DNA of 64,000 nt from a virus (Duplodnaviria; Caudoviricetes), in IMG/VR virus record IMGVR_UViG_3300033067_001009, positions 1-64,000 of that record; one strand, given 5' to 3'. The translations under genes and the position numbers were made by a program. The notes below the pieces were generated by a model that searched no databases, had not been told where the DNA came from, and saw only the letters and a program-made list of their open reading frames with translations. Of this stretch, positions 1 to 7,951 are shown piece by piece (position 1 is the stretch's first letter; each line of letters begins with the position of its first letter).

Positions 1-130
1 AATCAGCGCCGACACCGTTACCGTTACCGTTACCGCCACCGTTACCGCCACCGTTACCGCCACCGGAGCCGTAGCCGTAGCCGTAGCCGGAGCCGTAGCC
101 GGAATTAAAAAAATCAATCCGTCGTGTCAT
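1..130 (-). CDS. Gly-rich low-complexity protein, N-terminal part (runs off the window)
   Basis: Not in the ORF track. ATG at 130, GAGGAGG at 143-149. Reads MTRRIDFFNSGYGSGYGYGYGSGGGNGGGNGGGNGNGNGVGAD and explains the GCC/GTA/ACC/GTT repeats at 11-103. Confidence 0.7.
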   Translation of the reverse strand, partial: MTRRIDFFNSGYGSGYGYGYGSGGGNGGGNGGGNGNGNGVGAD

Positions 131-485
131 AGGTCGTTTGCGCCTCCTCGGATGCGGGAATGATTTCGATTTTGTTCGATAACAGGATCAGCGGCACGAC
201 TCCACTGATGCGGGACTTTGCGGTATCGATACCCTTTTCAGCGACCTCATTGAGAGTGAACGCGCCCTCCCATTTCCAGAGCCGTTTCGCGTTTTTAAGC
301 AAAACTTCCGTTTCGGTCGATTGCAGAACTGTCCCGATATGAACACCTGCCGAATAGGTTCTGACGACACAGACCTTTCCGATCACGTCTTTGTAGATCG
401 AATCGGATTCCGCGCCGATCTTACCTGAAAATAACGAGGCCAGTTGTTTAGCCTCTCCGATGGTTAAATCGTCGATATTTATCAT
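114..485 (-). CDS. DUF6948-like phage protein
   Basis: VVRTYSAGVHIGT...LKNAKRLWKWEGA...IEIIP pattern, directly upstream of a Gly-rich ORF as is typical of this family. Confidence 0.7.
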   Translation of the reverse strand: MINIDDLTIGEAKQLASLFSGKIGAESDSIYKDVIGKVCVVRTYSAGVHIGTVLQSTETEVLLKNAKRLWKWEGAFTLNEVAEKGIDTAKSRISGVVPLILLSNKIEIIPASEEAQTTYDTTD

Positions 486-573
486 TGTATTCTCCTAAAT
501 CGTATTTACATCTCCAAACCATTTGAAAATGCAGTACTGCCGCCAGTGGGAAATAAGCGGCAGGTCTGGAATT

Positions 574-786
574 TCAAACGCAGTCTGTGCATCGATGCGG
601 CTCTTCGGGTTTGTGGGCGCACCACACTTTCCATTTAACGCCACAATCGTAGCACTTGACCGAGAACAGGTCAAACTCTGTCGGGTCGAATCGTACGTCG
701 CAATATATGCATCGCCGCATCGCCAATTCGTTCTGGGTCAACGGTAATTCGCAGTACGGACACAGATACGGTACGGGTTTAGGCAT
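574..786 (-). CDS. small Zn-finger protein
   Basis: Four CxxC pairs (CPYC, CIYC, CYDC, CTDC); RBS GAGGAGGAG upstream. Confidence 0.65.
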   Translation of the reverse strand: MPKPVPYLCPYCELPLTQNELAMRRCIYCDVRFDPTEFDLFSVKCYDCGVKWKVWCAHKPEEPHRCTDCV

Positions 787-804
787 AGATGTCTCCTCCT
801 CAAA

Positions 805-1032
805 TTAATAGATTAAGTTGTTTAGTAGCTGATAGGTTATATGGAAGATGAGCGATAGACCGATGAACGCCTCGCCGGTCACGAGAGTAACGAGACGATC
901 ATCGTTGATGCCCCGTACATCGATGGCCGCTTCGAGCGCAATCAGCCAAAAGACGACGATGTACGTGACGGAATGAAAGACGAGAGCGAACAAGGCTAGT
1001 ACAGGCATAGTTCGACCTCGCGTGGAAAGCAC
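805..1032 (-). CDS. small membrane protein (start may be ATG 1008)
   Basis: Two hydrophobic stretches; co-oriented with its neighbours. Confidence 0.45.
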   Translation of the reverse strand: MLSTRGRTMPVLALFALVFHSVTYIVVFWLIALEAAIDVRGINDDRLVTLVTGEAFIGLSLIFHITYQLLNNLIY

Positions 1033-1094
1033 AGCTTATGTTTAGACATAGCAATACCTCATTGTGTTGGATTTTTGCGTTTAAGCGCAAATTT

Positions 1095-1126
1095 CGAGGC
1101 TCGAAGTTGTGGGTCTTCGAGCCTCG
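1095..1126. terminator. 12-bp perfect hairpin downstream of the 229-aa gene (terminator or RNA-stabilising stem)
   Basis: CGAGGCTCGAAG-ttgtgggt-CTTCGAGCCTCG; no clear U-tract. Confidence 0.4.
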
Positions 1127-1156
1127 CCTATTCGCCGCTTAAGCGAGCCTATGGGA

Positions 1157-1846
1157 TTAGAGCGCTTGGTACTGAGCCAACAGTGCACCGTGCATCGGGT
1201 TGGTCGGTGTGAGCGCCGAGAACTCGATGCCCATCGTCGTAAGAATCGGAGTTACCCAGTCCTTAAAGGCCGGTTTCGGTGTGCCGTCCTGCTTGGTCGT
1301 GCCGGCCGTCGTTTCCGGTTTTGCGGTTTTCGTCTTTTTGACGTACTTCACTGTATTACGGGTGTAGTAGTTCGCCGCCGAATGAATAACCGAAAGCATA
1401 TCGGTATTTGACAAGGTTAATTTGTTGCCGTTCGATTCGGTATAACCGATAACGTCCGAAAATGCCTTGACGATCCGCGCCGAAAAACCGGCGAGACGTT
1501 TGTTGCGCGATTCGGTGGAAAGCACGATCTTGTCTTTTTTCGCGTTATAGTAAAAGGTTAAAACCTCATCCATTGATTTTTTCGATGATAACGACTTGCA
1601 CAATTCGAGAAAACCGATTTTCGCGTTCGGCGTCTCTTTGTTCAAATCGGTACGGATTTTATCCATAAACGATTTAATCGTTGTATCTGCGAATTGACGA
1701 TTTACGCCACCTTTTGACGATTCGATTAATTTACCTTGAAAGGTAATATAACCTTTCGCGTCTGATTTGATCGAATCGATTAATTTGCAAACCGCGCTTG
1801 CAAAGTCCTTTGATGTTTTGATGTTTGACATTTTTTTTATCTCCAA
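1157..1846 (-). CDS. orphan Lys-rich protein, 229 aa
   Basis: Long ORF with GGAG RBS; AT-rich codon usage unlike the rest of the genome. Confidence 0.75.
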   Translation of the reverse strand: MEIKKMSNIKTSKDFASAVCKLIDSIKSDAKGYITFQGKLIESSKGGVNRQFADTTIKSFMDKIRTDLNKETPNAKIGFLELCKSLSSKKSMDEVLTFYYNAKKDKIVLSTESRNKRLAGFSARIVKAFSDVIGYTESNGNKLTLSNTDMLSVIHSAANYYTRNTVKYVKKTKTAKPETTAGTTKQDGTPKPAFKDWVTPILTTMGIEFSALTPTNPMHGALLAQYQAL

Positions 1847-1888
1847 TTAGTTAGATTTTCGTCCCTTAGGATATATCTGTAACCATAC

Positions 1889-1936
1889 AGATAAGAGCTT
1901 AAACGATTGAAAAAGTAATCGTTTAAGCTCTTATCT
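1889..1936. repeat. perfect 20-bp inverted repeat with 8-nt loop
   Basis: AGATAAGAGCTTAAACGATT (1889-1908) / AATCGTTTAAGCTCTTATCT (1917-1936). Confidence 0.95.
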
Positions 1937-1980
1937 ACATATGCTTGAATAACAGATTTTAACTTTTTGAAGTTTGAGAG

Positions 1981-2060
1981 CTAAACAGGAAAATCTATAA
2001 CCATACTAGGAAAGCCTTTTACTTTCCAAGTGAAAACAGATTTTTGATTTTCCTGTTTAG
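1981..2060. repeat. perfect 15-bp inverted repeat with 50-nt spacer
   Basis: CTAAACAGGAAAATC (1981-1995) / GATTTTCCTGTTTAG (2046-2060). Confidence 0.9.
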
Positions 2061-2383
2061 GCAAAATGTTAATTGGATTTCTTTTGTTGGTTTTACAAGC
2101 GCTGATTGACTGCGAGCGCGAACGCATCCTAAAAGCATTATCAGTCTTTTCGGTGTCTCTAAAAGAATAAAAGAGCCGTAACTGTCTGATAAAATACTGA
2201 GTGTTTCGTGGAGAGCGAAACTATCTGGAGTAAATCCGAAAAGCAAACAAGACAAGTAGTTGAGAGCTTGTACAGTAGGCGCAAAAGTAAAAGGATGTTC
2301 TGCGAGTGCCTAAAGGTTTGAATTTCGTTTTATCCGTTAGTGCCGAATCACGACAACCAACATTTGAGAGTAAAACCATAATT

Positions 2384-2411
2384 AGAATAACAAAATTTCG
2401 GAGAATGTCAA
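2384..2411 (-). promoter_or_regulatory. sigma70-type promoter
   Basis: TTGACA-N16-TATTCT with extended -10 TGn, on the - strand. Confidence 0.6.
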
Positions 2412-2462
2412 CTGGAAAATAGCGCAAAATGAAAAAACCTTGTTTTTGTTGAACATTAGGAC

Positions 2463-2492
2463 AAAAAAAAGAGCTAGGCGAGTACCTAGCTC
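2463..2492 (-). terminator. Rho-independent terminator after the 316-aa gene
   Basis: GAGCTAGG-tactcg-CCTAGCTC followed by T8 on the - strand, 28 nt after the stop. Confidence 0.8.
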
Positions 2493-2520
2493 AAAACAGA
2501 CACTCAAAAGAGCGTATAAT

Positions 2521-3471
2521 CTAGTCAATTTTCGTAGTCTTGCGCGATAGGTGGCCGAAATCGTCAAAAACGCGAACGTCCTTAGACTCGCACGAACGGC
2601 AAAACAATTCACAGCTGGGATTTTCCGACCGCATTTTATAAGCTCTTTTGTTCGCGCTTGGCGCAAAAACGTTTTTGCAATCAAAGCAATAGAATTTTAC
2701 AAAGCTATGTTTGTCTTTACGTTCTCTCAATTCATAGGTAACCGCACCATAAGACAGTGCGTAAACTGTCTTGGAATCGTCCCCAGCAAGTTTTTCCGGC
2801 AATTGCAAGGTAACCTGCCTAGTAACCTTTTTAAGCTCTGAAAAACCGGCGAGCAGCTCAATGCGTTTATAATTTTGCTGCTTAAGGTTCGTCGCATCAT
2901 TTGCGGTTATTGCTTCGATCTTGCGCGTTTGATGGGCAATAGCTCGCAAGGTTTTTCGTAGAGGTTTGCTAGGGACATCTTTCGGAATGTCGGAAAGCTC
3001 GCAAGTCAGGTTGTGCAATTTCCGATTAATCGTTGAAAGCGATTTTTCGTTATGCGGATTTACCACAGTTTCGAGATTCAAATCGTTTGCACCCAAAACA
3101 GATAAATCATTTTCAGAATGCCGAAAAGCATTCGATAACAGTTTACAGACCTGCTTTGTAACGTGATAACAAACGGAATCAAATTCAAGCTCATAACTCG
3201 CGGAGCTTGAAATAATCGTTTGTTTCGGTAAAAGCTCAACAGATGTCTTTTCGATATCCTGCGCTACTTTCGGTAGTTTCGGCAATTCAAACCCAGACAC
3301 GCTAAAATCCCGTTCGGGTAATTGAAAACTTCCAGTTACTTCTAGCTTAGACGCAATGAATAACGCAGGGAATAAGTAGTAGCGTGATAAAACCTCAAAC
3401 GAATTTAATGCTTTATAGCGTTTATGCTGTACGTGACAACCAAAGTTAAAAGGTTTGTTTTCTTTTCTCAT
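2521..3471 (-). CDS. orphan protein, 316 aa, with C-terminal Zn ribbon
   Basis: Long ORF with GGAGAG RBS; CFDC...CRSC near the C-terminus. Confidence 0.75.
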   Translation of the reverse strand: MRKENKPFNFGCHVQHKRYKALNSFEVLSRYYLFPALFIASKLEVTGSFQLPERDFSVSGFELPKLPKVAQDIEKTSVELLPKQTIISSSASYELEFDSVCYHVTKQVCKLLSNAFRHSENDLSVLGANDLNLETVVNPHNEKSLSTINRKLHNLTCELSDIPKDVPSKPLRKTLRAIAHQTRKIEAITANDATNLKQQNYKRIELLAGFSELKKVTRQVTLQLPEKLAGDDSKTVYALSYGAVTYELRERKDKHSFVKFYCFDCKNVFAPSANKRAYKMRSENPSCELFCRSCESKDVRVFDDFGHLSRKTTKID

Positions 3472-3525
3472 AAGTTAGATACTCTCCATTAGTTTAGATT
3501 GACTGGTCAAACCAGTCTTGTAAGT

Positions 3526-3534
3526 ATTCTAGCA
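3526..3534 (-). promoter_or_regulatory. extended -10 promoter for the leftward genes
   Basis: TGcTAGAAT on the - strand about 55 nt upstream of the 316-aa gene; no good -35. Confidence 0.45.
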
Positions 3535-3940
3535 CCTAACATCCGAATGTAACTAGATACAAAACACAGTATTAAGATATACGCAAGGCAAAAGAATAAC
3601 GGAATGTTTGCTAAGCCTAACAGACGCAATAACTTAGCTCATCGAGTTTCTCTCAGAGATTTTCCATTATTTGCCCGACCCACAAAGTGTACAGTGCTTT
3701 GAGTGTCCACACTCGAAAGGTAGCTAGAATGAAATAAATGTATATGTATCAATAGTTTACCGAATTTAGGGTGTGGGTGGGAGTCAAACAAGGCCGAAGG
3801 GTTGTCTCTAACCGGACGATCAGAGATATACTCTCACTCTCAAATGCCTCTGATTCCTGCAAAAGTCCATATTTCTCACACAAAATTAAGTATTTTTTTT
3901 CTCTGATCCAATGTTTTATTTACTTATCATCATAAGTAAG

Positions 3941-3969
3941 TTGACACTGATAAGCGATCTGTGCATAAT
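3941..3969 (+). promoter_or_regulatory. sigma70-type promoter for the rightward arm
   Basis: TTGACA-N17-CATAAT. Confidence 0.8.
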
Positions 3970-4016
3970 GTTGTTTGTTGGCGTATCCGGACAGGAGAAG
4001 ATGGACACGCCGGAGA

Positions 4017-4092
4017 GGGGAGTAGCTTTGCTGGGTGATGGACACCAGTCTCGTGGAAAGCGAGCAGACAGGTTCGAGTCCTGCGCTTCCCT
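4017..4092 (+). ncRNA. tRNA-like cloverleaf (non-canonical; degenerate tRNA or structured leader)
   Basis: Acceptor-like stem GGGGAGT/GCTTCCC, T-arm CAGG-TTCGAGT-CCTG, hairpin CTCG-TGGAAAG-CGAG; lacks U8, U33, a canonical D-arm and CCA. Confidence 0.45.
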
Positions 4093-4104
4093 CTTTTCAA
4101 TACT

Positions 4105-4407
4105 ATGAAAAAAGAAATAACGAAGTACTATTGTCTGTGCGACCGGTGTCAGTGGACTTGGACGACCCGAGGCGACACGCTTCCGGCTGTCTGCCCGAAC
4201 TGCAAGTCGAACAAGTGGGACTCCGGACAGAAAGAGGCTCCGAGTGTCGCCACTGGAGACGTGATCCCCACACTTACATCGACTCCGTCATACACTCCGA
4301 AAGGTGTCGAGTACGAGCCGAAGCCGAAGAACCCGTTCAAGACCAGTCCATATGTGTTGGAGGCTACCGAGGAGCTGACGTATACCGATGATGTGGAGGG
4401 CGCATAA
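4105..4407 (+). CDS. small Zn-ribbon protein
   Basis: CDRC...CPNC; first gene after the 3941 promoter. Confidence 0.7.
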   Translation: MKKEITKYYCLCDRCQWTWTTRGDTLPAVCPNCKSNKWDSGQKEAPSVATGDVIPTLTSTPSYTPKGVEYEPKPKNPFKTSPYVLEATEELTYTDDVEGA

Positions 4408-4409
4408 AT

Positions 4410-6308
4410 ATGGCTACTCGAAAAATGTGTATCTGCGGCCATACTGAATCTCTCCACGGGACTCCGCTACACCGGCCAGTCAATACTGTTTGTCGGGCGA
4501 TAGGTGAGCGCACCAGCAGCTGTGGTTGCGACGAGTTCCGAGACCGGACGGCTGCCTGTTCCTGCGGACATCCCCGCAGCTCCCACGGAGAGGGATCACG
4601 AAACTGCGTCAGCGGACTCTGCTCCTGCATCGGGTTTGCCGCCGCAGTTACTGCGACCGTCACCGCTCCTGTCGTGTTGTGTCGATGCGGTCACGATGTA
4701 GATGCCCACAGCGGAACACACGGCTGTATGATATGCTACTGCACCGAGCGGCCATCGACTGCCGGAATCGGGAGCGTGAATACTGCGGAGTGGGTAGATA
4801 GCAACACCGCACCCTGTGCGACCCGAGGGTGCGAAATCATCCTTGTCGGGGCTGGTGAGCGGGAGCGGCCTAATTACTGTATGCCGTGCGCGAGCCGTCG
4901 TCGGGAGGTGCTGGGTCGAATGGCGATCAATGCTGGTCGTTTAGGGTACGTACCGGTCTGCGACTTCGAGAATACGGCGCTCGCTGGTCGGGATATGAAC
5001 GAGCTAGTCAACGACGTGACGATCCCAACCGAGGCGCTGGAGCAGGTTCTCGCCCTCCAGATCGCCTACCAGTCCGAGCCGACACCGTTGCCGACACCTG
5101 CCCAGCTGACAGGGATCAACGTCTATCGGTCTACTGCGCGTACCGCAGACTGGAGCGATTACATTGATGGGGCAGAGATGTCGAATCCCCAGAGCGCCGT
5201 CGATGCTGCGCTGACTGCCACGTCCGTCCAAGAGGGGCTGGCGCGAGTCGCCCAGCAAGGGTATGAGATCACTACGGATGTCACCGAAGAAACCCAGCAG
5301 TGGATGCGGGAGAGTAACCGCAGATTCTACTTGGAGCGCTCCGTCCGGTATATGCGTGAGTTTACGACCACCACCAACGCTGCCGCCGCCCGACAGACGG
5401 CTGTTAATATACTGAGGGTTGTTGGAGAGCAATACGGTTTAATCGATATGAATGATGAAAGACAAGCAAATGTGTTACTGTCAGCCATCGGCAATGCCGA
5501 AACCAGAGCCGAGCTGGTGCGTATGTACGAGCAAGACCGACCACGGTTTATGGCTCTGATCCGGCAGGAGAGTACTCGCCAAGAGCAGCAGCGAGCCGCT
5601 TCCCAGTCCCACCGTGAGCGCATCCAGCAGCGGGTTATGATGGAGCGAGGTGAGTACGGCGGCGAGGCAGAGCTTCGACGCGATCTGGAGCTGCTTCGCT
5701 CCCAGATGAACGATCCGACCAACCACGTAGCGGTCGTCGAGCCGGTCGCAGTGGCCGAGGCTGTCGAACCACCCAAGCCGGTTTTCCGGAAATATTACGA
5801 TGCCGAGTGGTTGGAGACCTATCTCAAGCTGACGATTGCCGAAACGAGGAACACTGCCAAGCACAAACGTCGGGACACCGATCTGAGAGGAGTGTTATGT
5901 TGCTACTACGCCCACCCGACTGACAAGCGGCTGCCGTTCATCATTCAGAAAGACGGCACGATAGTTACCGATAAGGCGTGGAAGCTCCGGCTCAAGGATA
6001 TATTCACCGGCTCGTACCGCAAGCTGTTCCAAGATACCTGCGATCTGTTCGCAGTGCCGCTCGTCTATAAGTCGAAGCACGACGGAGACGTGTTGGTTAC
6101 GCTATGTATAGCCGACGACATCGAGCTGTCGTTCGATTCGGTCGACGTAAAACCCGACCTGAGTGCGGTTTGCGAGGTGACGGTTCGTCAGAAGCAGCCA
6201 ATCGGCTGCGATCTCGGGTTGTACACGATTGTACAGCGTGATATGCACATTAAAAAGCCGGCCACGAACGTCGTCGGCAAGCTGAATTTATCAATAAACG
6301 TAAAATAA
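4410..6308 (+). CDS. hypothetical protein, 632 aa, with Cys/His-rich N-terminal repeats
   Basis: Three CxCGHxxxxH units, then a helical region; tightly coupled to its neighbours. Confidence 0.8.
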   Translation: MATRKMCICGHTESLHGTPLHRPVNTVCRAIGERTSSCGCDEFRDRTAACSCGHPRSSHGEGSRNCVSGLCSCIGFAAAVTATVTAPVVLCRCGHDVDAHSGTHGCMICYCTERPSTAGIGSVNTAEWVDSNTAPCATRGCEIILVGAGERERPNYCMPCASRRREVLGRMAINAGRLGYVPVCDFENTALAGRDMNELVNDVTIPTEALEQVLALQIAYQSEPTPLPTPAQLTGINVYRSTARTADWSDYIDGAEMSNPQSAVDAALTATSVQEGLARVAQQGYEITTDVTEETQQWMRESNRRFYLERSVRYMREFTTTTNAAAARQTAVNILRVVGEQYGLIDMNDERQANVLLSAIGNAETRAELVRMYEQDRPRFMALIRQESTRQEQQRAASQSHRERIQQRVMMERGEYGGEAELRRDLELLRSQMNDPTNHVAVVEPVAVAEAVEPPKPVFRKYYDAEWLETYLKLTIAETRNTAKHKRRDTDLRGVLCCYYAHPTDKRLPFIIQKDGTIVTDKAWKLRLKDIFTGSYRKLFQDTCDLFAVPLVYKSKHDGDVLVTLCIADDIELSFDSVDVKPDLSAVCEVTVRQKQPIGCDLGLYTIVQRDMHIKKPATNVVGKLNLSINVK

Positions 6309-6309
6309 T

Positions 6310-7191
6310 ATGGAAGATACGATGTCGAAACAGCGGCGAGCCTATTTAGCTCGCCCGAAATGCTGGAAATGCGCGGCCAACGGCAGAAATGTACTGGCGA
6401 CGACCTCCAGTGCGAAGCGGGGAGACCCGATGTGCTGGCGCTGCGACCCGCAATATGATTCCAGCGGTCACAAATCACGTAAACAGGTCAAAAAACCACG
6501 CCCCAAGACCGTCAAAACCGGTAAAAGGTCGGAATATATGCCCGACGAGCTGGTCGATGCGTACGAATTGGTCATTACAGACAAGGAGTACACCTCTTTG
6601 CACGAGGATATTGCCACCGACGAGGCCAGAATCCGCGCCGAACTGCTGAAAATCAAGGAAAGTCCCAAATCGAGCACCCCGTTCATCAAAAAACTGGCCG
6701 AACAGCTCGGTGCCGGTAAGAAATTGATCCGTCAGGGACGCAAAAGCCCGATGACCCTGCTCGATGAAATCTCGGCCACGATCCACGGAGCGGAGGCAGG
6801 GGTCAATGTCTGGGAAAACTACGACCGCATCGTCGAGCATAAGCGTAAACTGGTCGAGTCGGAGACACGGAGGCTCGTGTCTCTCGGCTGGTCGCCCGAA
6901 ATGCTGGAGTTGCTCATCAAGGACATCGCCGGAATCTTGGAGCGGCTCGCCGCCGACAATACTCTGAGTGCGGCAGCGTTCGTCGACCGGCTCGGCAAGA
7001 GCAAACTATTCTCCGGAGCAGTCCTGCGGCTGGCTCCGGCAGAGGAAACTTCATTAGCCGATCCGGCTGCCCAGCTGACGGCTCTGGAGGTCACCCGCAG
7101 GGAAATCAACGTCACCGACCGAGGTGCCGTAGTCACGAGTGTCGACACTCAGGAGGTCGACCAGTTACTAACACTACTAGAGGAGAGTTAA
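6310..7191 (+). CDS. putative terminase small subunit
   Basis: N-terminal Cys pairs, then a KTGKRSEYMP...SLHEDIA..EARI pattern reminiscent of TerS-like proteins; upstream of TerL. Confidence 0.5.
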   Translation: MEDTMSKQRRAYLARPKCWKCAANGRNVLATTSSAKRGDPMCWRCDPQYDSSGHKSRKQVKKPRPKTVKTGKRSEYMPDELVDAYELVITDKEYTSLHEDIATDEARIRAELLKIKESPKSSTPFIKKLAEQLGAGKKLIRQGRKSPMTLLDEISATIHGAEAGVNVWENYDRIVEHKRKLVESETRRLVSLGWSPEMLELLIKDIAGILERLAADNTLSAAAFVDRLGKSKLFSGAVLRLAPAEETSLADPAAQLTALEVTRREINVTDRGAVVTSVDTQEVDQLLTLLEES

Positions 7192-7195
7192 TTTA

Positions 7196-7510
7196 ATGAG
7201 TTTAGAAAACAGATTACAAGATGCCAACAGGCGTATGAAAACAGCATCAGACCCAGTAAAGTCCGGACACGTTCAGGAGGCACTGGCTCAACACGAGACA
7301 GTTTTAATAGAGATGGGGGACTTGCTGCACGAACTGCACAGACGTGTCAGTCCGGTACTGATTCCGCAACCCGCTGACGCAGCTGACGGCTGCTGCCCGA
7401 CCGAGCAAGTCTACGCCTCGGAGCTGGAGACCGAGATCAACCGGCTGACCGACCGTGTCGGAGAAATCAACTCCCGCATCAGATACATTTTAGGAGCATT
7501 GAGAATATGA
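7196..7510 (+). CDS. hypothetical coiled-coil protein
   Basis: ORF coupled between neighbours. Confidence 0.6.
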   Translation: MSLENRLQDANRRMKTASDPVKSGHVQEALAQHETVLIEMGDLLHELHRRVSPVLIPQPADAADGCCPTEQVYASELETEINRLTDRVGEINSRIRYILGALRI

Positions 7511-7800
7511 ACAAAATAAAACCTTTAGGCAATTACATCGTCGTCACGCAGGAGAAATCCAGCGAGACTCTAGTGGACGGAGGCGTGGTGGTCGCCGCCG
7601 ATATATCCAAGACCAAACCGCTGTGGGGCTATGTCCTTTCTATCGGAGACCACGTTGCCACGGTCAAGGTCGGAGATCGTGTCCTTTTCGAGCAGTACGC
7701 CGGTAAAGCGTTCAAGTTCGATGGGGAGACGCTGCTGCTTATGAGCGTCAACAGTCTCTATGGCATTCTGGATGCCGACACCAAAGTCGCCGTCGTCTAA
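7507..7800 (+). CDS. groES: co-chaperonin GroES (Cpn10)
   Basis: IKPLGNYIVV...GGVVV...VKVGDRVLFEQYAG...LLLM..SLYGIL. Confidence 0.9.
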   Translation: MNKIKPLGNYIVVTQEKSSETLVDGGVVVAADISKTKPLWGYVLSIGDHVATVKVGDRVLFEQYAGKAFKFDGETLLLMSVNSLYGILDADTKVAVV

Positions 7801-7801
7801 T

Positions 7802-7830
7802 TTGCAAAAGAAAAGCGACTGTGTTATAAC
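7802..7830 (+). promoter_or_regulatory. sigma70-type promoter upstream of terL
   Basis: TTGCAA-N17-TATAAC with extended -10 TGn. Confidence 0.75.
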
Positions 7831-7951
7831 ATAGAACAGGCAGCGATTCTCTCCGATCATCCCCTGAAAGGAACCGTCCGAATCTGTTGTCTCATAGTTT
7901 AGATACTCATCGAGGGTCAACATCTGAATCACCGGATGTTGACCTTTTTCA

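Noticed and set aside
11-103. Short tandem repeats as a non-coding VNTR or telomere
   Set aside because: Fully explained by Gly-rich codons of an ORF starting at 130.
2019-2684. ORFs of 78 aa (2019-2255) and 100 aa (2382-2684)
   Set aside because: No clear RBS; they overlap a terminator, a promoter, long stems or the real 316-aa gene.
4017-4092. Canonical functional tRNA-Phe(GAA)
   Set aside because: Lacks U8, U33, a normal D-arm and CCA; kept only as tRNA-like.
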